Shown one piece after another: positions 19,604-26,574 of a stretch of 54,072 nucleotides of DNA. Source of the DNA: Chitinophagaceae bacterium. GTDB taxonomy: Bacteria; Bacteroidota; Bacteroidia; Chitinophagales; Chitinophagaceae. The position numbers were made by a program, and so were the translations under genes. The stretch spans positions 1-54,072 of the forward strand of contig JANNCC010000040.1 in the NCBI GenBank assembly GCA_031386125.1. The letters run 5' to 3'. The notes beneath the pieces are model-generated. The model was not told where the DNA came from. It was given only the letters and a program-made list of their open reading frames with translations, and did no database searches. The stretch's first letter is position 1; each line of letters opens with the position of its first letter.

Positions 19604-19770
19604 CAGATTGATGGATTATCATTAGGTTTTTTAGGTGTCCGGGTAAAAATGGATTTGATGTACATCCGGATGTTGCGGAAGAAAAAAACTACTCCCAGCA
19701 CTGCTGCGGTTATTGCCTGAACCAAAAAACTACCGCTGCCCGGGTCAATATACAATAAGTGCTGCAACAT
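19603..19770 (-). CDS. 55-aa single-TM peptide with YIDPGSGS motif (absent from ORF track)
   Basis: MLQHLLYIDPGSGSFLVQAITAAVLGVVFFFRNIRMYIKSIFTRTPKKPNDNPSI*; TAATG overlap with the upstream stop and TGATG overlap with the downstream start. Confidence 0.85.
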   Translation of the reverse strand: MLQHLLYIDPGSGSFLVQAITAAVLGVVFFFRNIRMYIKSIFTRTPKKPNDNPSI

Positions 19771-20879
19771 TACAGGTAACTTAAATTAGTTTTCGGGGAT
19801 AAAGTTAGCAATGTTTCATACATCAGTTTGATGGTATTTTCTATATCATCCCGGTGAAGCATTTCTACTGTTGTATGCATATAGCGTAGCGGAATAGAGA
19901 TGAGGACAGAAGGGCAACCATCATTGGAATAAGCAAAGGAATCGGTATCTGTTCCGGTACTGCGGCTTAATGCCCGCCATTGCACAGCAATTTTTTTATC
20001 GGTAGCTACTTTTTCTACCAATGCCAGCAACTTATTATGCACGGCAGGTGCATAAGAAAGTGATGGGCCTTTGCCGGTACTTATATCGCCTTCGATATTC
20101 TTACTTATCATTGGTGTGGTGGTGTCATGTGTTACATCGGTAACAATGGCTATATCAGGTTTTATTCTCCGGGCAATCATCTCGGCACCACGAAGACCGA
20201 TTTCTTCCTGCACTGCATTTACTATGTATAGTCCAAAAGGCAGCTTCTTTTTGTTTTCTTTCAGCATCCTTGCCACTTCGGCTATCATAAATCCACCGAT
20301 ACGATTGTCGAAAGCCCGGCCGATATAATTGCCATTGGCCAGTTCGTCGAAACCATCTTGGTAAGTAACTACCGCACCGATATGGATTCCTAATGCTTCT
20401 ACTTCTTTTTTGTTCCGGGCACCACAGTCCAGCCACAAATTATCTGTTCTTGGCTGCGTTTCTTTTTGGTCAGGAGATCCAATCCTGGTATGTATAGCAG
20501 GCCAGCCAAATACGCCTTTCACTGCTCCTTTTTTCCCATGAATTAAAACCCTTGATGCCGGTGCTGTTTGGTGGTCAACCCCGCCATTCCTTTTCAGGTA
20601 AATCAACCCTTCGGCAGTAATGTAGTTTACAAACCAGCTGATTTCATCGGCATGTGCTTCAATTACTACTTTAAATTTGTTTTCAGGATTGATAACACCA
20701 ACCGCCGTTCCATAGGAGTCCACATAGTGTGTATCAACGTATGGTTTCAGATATTCTAGCCAGAGTTTTTGTCCCCAGGTTTCAAAACCAACAGGTGAAG
20801 CATTATTGATATACGATTTTAAAAACTGAAATGCTTCACTGGTAATGATTGATTTCTTAACTCTCGCTGATTTTGCCAT
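19770..20879 (-). CDS. M42 family metallo-aminopeptidase
   Basis: EAHADEI, AFDNRIG, VQEEIGLRGA, DVTH, GTDTD, RYMHT motifs. Confidence 0.95.
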   Translation of the reverse strand: MAKSARVKKSIITSEAFQFLKSYINNASPVGFETWGQKLWLEYLKPYVDTHYVDSYGTAVGVINPENKFKVVIEAHADEISWFVNYITAEGLIYLKRNGGVDHQTAPASRVLIHGKKGAVKGVFGWPAIHTRIGSPDQKETQPRTDNLWLDCGARNKKEVEALGIHIGAVVTYQDGFDELANGNYIGRAFDNRIGGFMIAEVARMLKENKKKLPFGLYIVNAVQEEIGLRGAEMIARRIKPDIAIVTDVTHDTTTPMISKNIEGDISTGKGPSLSYAPAVHNKLLALVEKVATDKKIAVQWRALSRSTGTDTDSFAYSNDGCPSVLISIPLRYMHTTVEMLHRDDIENTIKLMYETLLTLSPKTNLSYL

Positions 20880-21169
20880 AACATATTATTTATAATATAA
20901 AAGTTAGAATAGCGAAGATAAGCAGCGGGGCTTTAATAATCACAAGTCCATCTGGCTACCCATTTTTCCCTTAGTGCTTTTATATAGTAACGAAGACTGT
21001 AAATAAAATTGGTAAAAAGAAAAATCAGCGGCAAATACCAGTGAGGTGAGCCGGGTAATTTCAAGTGGCTAAAGTTCTCATAGGTTAAAGCAAATGTACT
21101 AGTCGCAATAAAAAAATTGCTGTAAATCAAGGAGGCCAGGAATTTTGGAAATATCTCAATAGGGCTGTA

Positions 21170-21625
21170 TCAGAGTTTTTTAAGCCTGATAGAATTTGAT
21201 TCAGCGTAATTACTTCTGTTTTTTGCCTTATCAATTAATATCAGACCCAAAGTAGCAGTAGTGTCTTTTGGTGATGCACCAGGAAGTGTGACAAAACCAT
21301 TTGGATTGGATGTATTGTATTGAAAGTCTATTGAAATATCTGCCTCCTTCGTTTTAGTCGGTAAGTCTAATGCGGTAAAGGAATACCGGAATGTATCTTT
21401 TCTAACAACTGTAGCACCATTATACCATTTATACACGATTAATGCTGAGTCAAGGTCACCTTCCTGATCTGTATAATTCCCCTTCATGCTTACTATATTG
21501 CCATTAAAAACGGTGGCGGGTGAAATTGATTTAATGCTAAGTTGGGGTACCGTAGTAAATTTATCTTTGTTGCAACTGATTGCAATAACAATAAAAATTA
21601 TCATAAGGGGTTGAAAAATTTTCAT
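21170..21625 (-). CDS. Hypothetical lipoprotein
   Basis: Lipobox IAISC, then a beta-rich domain with TDQEGDL and IDKAKNRSN motifs. Confidence 0.75.
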   Translation of the reverse strand: MKIFQPLMIIFIVIAISCNKDKFTTVPQLSIKSISPATVFNGNIVSMKGNYTDQEGDLDSALIVYKWYNGATVVRKDTFRYSFTALDLPTKTKEADISIDFQYNTSNPNGFVTLPGASPKDTTATLGLILIDKAKNRSNYAESNSIRLKKL

Positions 21626-21678
21626 ATAGTATTTTTGATATAATCAAATTTACTGATTTTTACAATATAAAAGCGAAT

Positions 21679-22659
21679 ATGTCTGAGCAATGGAATCATA
21701 AAATTTTTGGTGTAGAAAAGGATGGATTTGAAGCATTGGCTCTTGAAATTTTCATGTTTCAGAGTGAGTATTGCGTCGTTTATAAAGACTACCTGAGGGC
21801 ATTAAAAATTAATATTCCCAACATTAAAAGCATTGAGCAGATACCTTTTTTACCGGGTCGTTTCTTTAAATCTCATAGTGTTCAAACAACCTCGTTTGAA
21901 CCGGTAACTATTTTTGAAAGCAGCGGCACTACTGGCAGCATTAACAGCAGGCATTTGGTAAAAGATCTGTCCTTATATGCGGAAAGTTTCACCAGCGGTT
22001 TTGAATTGTTTTATGGTGCAGCAAACGAATGGTGTATTATTGGTTTGCTGCCATCCTACCTAGAAAGAAAAAATTCATCGCTGGTGTACATGGTGGATAA
22101 ACTGATTCAATTAAGCGAATATCCCCAAAGCGGTTTTTATTTAAACGAATACGAACAATTATCTGCATTGTTGGCTGAACTGGAAAAACGAAAACAAAAG
22201 AACTTATTGATTGGAGTGACATTTGCCTTGCTTGATTTTGCCCAAAAATATTCTCGGCCCTTGCAATACACCACTATCATGGAAACTGGCGGTATGAAGG
22301 GAAGGAGAGAAGAGATGATTCGTCCGGAAGTACATGCTATACTGAAGCAATCTTTTTCCCTTGAATATATTCATTCAGAATACGGAATGACGGAGCTGCT
22401 ATCACAAGCTTATTCAAAAGGGGGTGGGGTGTTTGCCTGTCCGCCTTGGATGAAAATATTAGTAAGGGATGAAGAAGACCCGTTTGTAGTAAAAAAAACC
22501 GGTGCAGGAACAATTAATGTTATTGACTTGGCCAATATTTATTCCTGTTCCTTTATTGCTACAGAGGATGTAGGAAAAATAAATGCTGATGGAAAATTTG
22601 AGGTGCTTGGTCGAATGGATGGCAGCGATTTACGGGGTTGTAGCTTGATGGTAGTTTAA
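21679..22659 (+). CDS. LuxE-like acyl-protein synthetase / acyl transferase
   Basis: FESSGTTG, ETGGMKGR, SEYGMTELLSQAY, DLANIYSCSFIATED, RGCS motifs. Confidence 0.9.
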   Translation: MSEQWNHKIFGVEKDGFEALALEIFMFQSEYCVVYKDYLRALKINIPNIKSIEQIPFLPGRFFKSHSVQTTSFEPVTIFESSGTTGSINSRHLVKDLSLYAESFTSGFELFYGAANEWCIIGLLPSYLERKNSSLVYMVDKLIQLSEYPQSGFYLNEYEQLSALLAELEKRKQKNLLIGVTFALLDFAQKYSRPLQYTTIMETGGMKGRREEMIRPEVHAILKQSFSLEYIHSEYGMTELLSQAYSKGGGVFACPPWMKILVRDEEDPFVVKKTGAGTINVIDLANIYSCSFIATEDVGKINADGKFEVLGRMDGSDLRGCSLMVV

Positions 22660-23477
22660 ATAAAAGCCAGTAGTTAGCTTGTTTTATTTGTGACGGACAC
22701 AGAACTGGTTAATTTCCACTGATATTTTACAAGGGGGTATCCTCTTAAAAAAATATCCAAATTACATTTGATAAAGTTTTTGTTATTCTATGAAATGTCA
22801 ACGCATTTGGGGCAAGTGAACTATTAGGTTTGCCTTGGCTGTAATGAGAGAAAACATCCGGCAAAAACCTTTTCCCTTTATAAAATATCCTTATAAGCAG
22901 CAAGAAGGATGTCAGGATGTTCTGCAATAAATTTAATATCGGCCGGCAATGTTTGTTCAATATGGCCGTTTCAGGCCCAAAGTAGGGTCATAAAAGTGCC
23001 GGCTATCTTATATTGCATTTCAAAAATAAAATGCCCGATTTTATTATTGCCAAAATCCATTTTTACGGGTAATAGATCCATTCTTTTTCAGGACTTCTGA
23101 CATTACGATTGATTGCTGGCTACAGGGGCATGAGGATATTTCAAAATGTGGTCGGAAATAACGATTGCAGCATACTCATTCTGTAAATTTAGAAAACTAT
23201 ACTGCTATGTAATTATTATTAAAACTATAGCAGGAGTAACCCCAATAAAATCTTTTTCAGATTACATTATTCACAAGATTGGTCTAATCTAATTCGTAGT
23301 TAACCAGAGCGGTAGTCATATTTGCGGCTTCAAATAGGCTGTCGCAATGCTTTTTCAATCTACTTACGGTATTTAACCGCATAAATGAAGGGTCAAATCT
23401 TTCAAGGTTATTATACAATGAAACTTTATAGTCAAATACATGCAGGGGTTTTTATCACCCAAAAAGTAAAGGCAAAT

Positions 23478-23506
23478 AAAAACCCCGGCACTTTGTGTCA
23501 GGGTTT
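23478..23506 (-). terminator. Terminator hairpin after tRNA-Leu
   Basis: Minus strand AAACCCTGACAC-AAA-GTGCCGGGGTTT followed by T-run. Confidence 0.7.
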
Positions 23507-23509
23507 CTG

Positions 23510-23593
23510 TGCCCGGGACTGGAATCGAACCAGCACATCCTTACGAACGGCAGATTTTGAGTCTGCTGCGTCTACCAATTCCGCCACCCGGGC
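23510..23593 (-). tRNA. tRNA-Leu (anticodon CAA)
   Basis: GCCCGGG acceptor stem, GGAATTGGTAGAC D-arm, GCAGA-CTCAAAA-TCTGC anticodon arm, long variable arm, GGTTCGATTCC T-loop; CCA not encoded. Confidence 0.97.
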
Positions 23594-23615
23594 ATTTTCG
23601 AATTGGGCTGCAATA

Positions 23616-24125
23616 TTAAGCCATTCCGGCTAATTGCTGATGTATGCGGTCTAAATATTTTTTCTTGTAATAATATTCTTTTACCTGCAACAACTCTTTT
23701 TCGGTAGCAGTATTGTCCTCATAATTTTCCACCATTTCTTTGACCGGTTCATATATTTCTGATTGAAGATTTTCGATTTTTGATTTTAGATTGATAGAAG
23801 GATCCTGTTCATCCGCATCCATTATTTGTTCGTTTATTTCTAATACCTCCATCAGAAAATCCGGAGGCAGTTCGTATTTCTCTTCTTCTTCCAGCAATCC
23901 TTTTTCCTGTAACACATATTTTATAGTCGCATCAGAGCTTTGAAAAGTTTTCCATGCTCTGTTCAGCAAAGCTGATTTTTCAAGGGCATTATCCTGTATT
24001 TGTTCATTTTTATTGGCAAAATAATCAGGATGGTATTCCTTGCTAAGCTCAAAAAATTTTTTGGACAGTAAAGCTGTATTGACTTTCAGTTGTACCGGTA
24101 TAGCGAATAATTCAAAATAAGTCAT
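23616..24125 (-). CDS. hscB: Fe-S assembly co-chaperone HscB-like J-domain protein
   Basis: YFELF, YHPD J-domain motif, LNRAWKTF, DFLMEVLEINE. Confidence 0.85.
   Translation of the reverse strand: MTYFELFAIPVQLKVNTALLSKKFFELSKEYHPDYFANKNEQIQDNALEKSALLNRAWKTFQSSDATIKYVLQEKGLLEEEEKYELPPDFLMEVLEINEQIMDADEQDPSINLKSKIENLQSEIYEPVKEMVENYEDNTATEKELLQVKEYYYKKKYLDRIHQQLAGMA
23761..23795. repeat. Heptamer tandem array inside hscB
   Basis: GATTGAA GATTTTC GATTTTT GATTTTA GATTGAT (5 units, period 7). Confidence 0.75.
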
Positions 24126-24175
24126 TGCCGTTGATAGATTTAACTCTGTTTTCCTGAAAATTTATTCTTAGTTTA

Positions 24176-24202
24176 GGTTACAAAACAGGGTTTTAAGCTT
24201 AC
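24176..24202 (+). promoter_or_regulatory. Putative ECF sigma promoter, site D (autoregulatory)
   Basis: GGTTACAA-N15-TTAC ending 17 nt before the sigma ATG. Confidence 0.6.
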
Positions 24203-24219
24203 AAATCTACGTATAAAGC

Positions 24220-24825
24220 ATGGAGGTAATCAGGAACTTCCCGGATTCGGAACTGGTGTCCAATCTCCGGTCCGGGCTACGGATGGATGAAACAATTAAA
24301 GCTATCTATCGGAGCCATTTCGACAGCCTGATCTGGTATGTGATGAACAACAGTGGAAACCGGCAGGATGCGGAGGATGTGTTCCAGGAAGTAGTGGTAG
24401 CTTTTATTGATCTGGTACAGAAAGATAAGTTCAGAGGTGAATCAACAGTGAAAACTTTTTTATTCTCTTTGAACCGATACACCTGGTTGAATGAATTAAA
24501 AAAAAGAGGCCGGGCACTGATGAGAGAAGAAAAATATGAAAAGGGACAAGGGAAAGTAGAGCTGGACATGAGTGAGCTAATTGTCGACAGGGAAGGAAAA
24601 GCCGAAGTTGTAAGATTGGTTGGTGAGCTAGGAGAAACCTGCCGGAAGATATTGCTCATGTTTTATTACGAGGATTTGTCAATGAAGGAAATATTGGAAG
24701 CAACAGATTATGAAAACGAACAGGTGGTAAGAAATAAAAAATATAAATGCCTGAAGCAATTGGAGCAGATGGTAAATGCAAATCCGATATTGAAACAAAC
24801 ATTGAAAAACTTATTACATGGATAA
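24220..24825 (+). CDS. ECF RNA polymerase sigma factor
   Basis: DAEDVFQE region 2; LGETCRKILLMFYYEDLSMKEI region 4; KYKCLKQL. Confidence 0.93.
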   Translation: MEVIRNFPDSELVSNLRSGLRMDETIKAIYRSHFDSLIWYVMNNSGNRQDAEDVFQEVVVAFIDLVQKDKFRGESTVKTFLFSLNRYTWLNELKKRGRALMREEKYEKGQGKVELDMSELIVDREGKAEVVRLVGELGETCRKILLMFYYEDLSMKEILEATDYENEQVVRNKKYKCLKQLEQMVNANPILKQTLKNLLHG

Positions 24826-25585
24826 TTCTACACCCGATATGGCTGAGAAATTGATTCGATACCTGGATGGGGAACTGACAGGTACTGAAAAGAAAAATTT
24901 GGAGCAGCAATTGGCTTCTGATAGAATGTTGCAGAACAAACTGGATAGTTTAAAATTAACTATCCAGGTTATAAAACTGTATGGATTGAAGAGCAAGGTG
25001 TCTGGTATTCATCAGCCAATGATGGAAGAAATGCAGGCTCCGTTGAGAAAGATAAATCCAACCCGGAAAATTGCTCGATACAGCATGGGGGTAGCGGCCA
25101 GTTTGATACTGCTGGTCGGTGGTTATATGGCTTATAAATTCTTTACACTTTCCCCCGACAAAATTTTTGCTTCCCGCTACCAGTCTTATGAGCTGGTGAC
25201 TGTCCGTGATGGTAATACTAATGAAACACCGGTTGAAAAAGCCTACCAGGAAAAGAACTATAAAGAAGTGCTACGGATACATGATGCAGGCGAAGACCAT
25301 ACTCCAAAAGGTGAATTCCTTTGCGGTGCAGCTGCTCTTGAAGTAAAGGATAACAATAAAGCCATTAAATGTTTTAATGAAGTGCTGGATGCGAATAAGC
25401 AAAGCCCAAAACCTGTCTTGAATGATGAGGCCGAATATTATTTATCACTCGGTTATATCCGCAACAAGGATTATGATTATGCTTTGCCCCTGCTGACTAA
25501 GATACAGGACGACCCTAATCATACATACAATAAAAAAATTACTGATAAGCTTATTCGCCAGGTGAAGATGCTCAAGCGGCGATAA
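24818..25585 (+). CDS. Putative anti-sigma factor: cytoplasmic N-terminus, TM helix, TPR C-terminus
   Basis: LIRYLDGEL...LEQQL anti-sigma-like N-terminus, GVAASLILLVGG TM, AEYYLSLGYI TPR; overlaps the sigma stop codon. Confidence 0.78.
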   Translation: MDNSTPDMAEKLIRYLDGELTGTEKKNLEQQLASDRMLQNKLDSLKLTIQVIKLYGLKSKVSGIHQPMMEEMQAPLRKINPTRKIARYSMGVAASLILLVGGYMAYKFFTLSPDKIFASRYQSYELVTVRDGNTNETPVEKAYQEKNYKEVLRIHDAGEDHTPKGEFLCGAAALEVKDNNKAIKCFNEVLDANKQSPKPVLNDEAEYYLSLGYIRNKDYDYALPLLTKIQDDPNHTYNKKITDKLIRQVKMLKRR

Positions 25586-25606
25586 TATTTTTGCATGGTG
25601 TTAATG

Positions 25607-25643
25607 AATATCCTCTCCCGAAAATGGGAGAGGATATTTTTTT
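25607..25643 (+). terminator. Terminator after sigma/anti-sigma pair
   Basis: AATATCCTCTCCC-GAAAAT-GGGAGAGGATATT followed by T-run. Confidence 0.8.
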
Positions 25644-25651
25644 GCCATACC

Positions 25652-25678
25652 GGTTACATTTCGTCTTCCTGTATTCAC
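25652..25678 (+). promoter_or_regulatory. Putative ECF sigma promoter, site B
   Basis: GGTTACAT-N15-TCAC just after the terminator and 26 nt before ATG 25705. Confidence 0.65.
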
Positions 25679-25704
25679 CTATTAATGAATTTAAAACCAA
25701 AAAA

Positions 25705-26538
25705 ATGAAAAATATTATCCGATTTAGTATTCTGAGTTTGCTGGCTACTACAGTGGTATTTTATTCCTGTCAGAAAGATGCGACAGGTTATCAAAAAGGA
25801 ACTACAGACATTAATAAGCCACATGCTGTCACTATTTATTTAACCGACCACCAGACACCTATCTTCGACAGTGTGTTTATTGACCTTCGAAGGTTAGAGG
25901 TGAAGCTCGAAGATGATACATTACCAAACGATGGTTGGGTAACCTTGGCTATTAACCCGGGAGTGTATAATATCCTCCGCTTCCGTAATGGGTTAGATAC
26001 ATTATTTGCCACAGGTACTTTGCCAAACGCAAGGATTAGGAAAATAAAGCTGGTATTGGGTACACAAAATTCAGCTATGAAAAACGGACAAAGTTTTCCC
26101 CTTCGGTTAAAGGACGAGGACAGGGAAGTGGTTGCTAACATAGAAAGCAGCAATTTTGAAATTACTCCTGCTGGTCAGGTGCTTTTCTGGATTGATTTTG
26201 ATGCCGGTAATTCGATACAACCGGATAACAGCGGTTCAGGTAATGGGTTTCGCTTAAAATCGCATATTAAAATATTTACCCGCAGCAATTCAGGCAGGAT
26301 AGAAGGAAGAGTATTGCCCCGTGCAGCTGATGCAATAGTGAAAGCTGTAATAGGTTCCGACACTGCCACTGCTATTCCAGATGATGATAACGGCGAGTAT
26401 AAAATTGTAGGATTGAATGCAGGTACTTATAAAATAATAATTGATGGCCAGAACGGATATAATGATACTCTCATTCATAATGTGATTGTAAGAAACCGTG
26501 AAGATACTCATGTGCCAACGATAACATTACATCAATAG
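25705..26538 (+). CDS. DUF4382 domain lipoprotein with C-terminal carboxypeptidase-regulatory-like domain (start reassigned to 25705)
   Basis: Lipobox FYSC; IYLTD, GVYNILRFRNG, IKLVLG..N, IDFDAGNSI, GRIEG, GLNAGTY. Confidence 0.8.
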   Translation: MKNIIRFSILSLLATTVVFYSCQKDATGYQKGTTDINKPHAVTIYLTDHQTPIFDSVFIDLRRLEVKLEDDTLPNDGWVTLAINPGVYNILRFRNGLDTLFATGTLPNARIRKIKLVLGTQNSAMKNGQSFPLRLKDEDREVVANIESSNFEITPAGQVLFWIDFDAGNSIQPDNSGSGNGFRLKSHIKIFTRSNSGRIEGRVLPRAADAIVKAVIGSDTATAIPDDDNGEYKIVGLNAGTYKIIIDGQNGYNDTLIHNVIVRNREDTHVPTITLHQ

Positions 26539-26574
26539 CTCTGTTGCTTGCCGCTGAAGAACTAAGCCAGCCTG

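Noticed and set aside
20933-21130. 65-aa minus-strand ORF between the lipoprotein and M42 peptidase genes
   Set aside because: TTG start and no recognisable motif; could be real but unsupported
21679-22659. Bioluminescence (lux) system
   Set aside because: Stand-alone LuxE-like gene with no luxAB/CD; common in Bacteroidota
23385-23633. 82-aa plus-strand ORF
   Set aside because: Overlaps tRNA-Leu antisense; spurious
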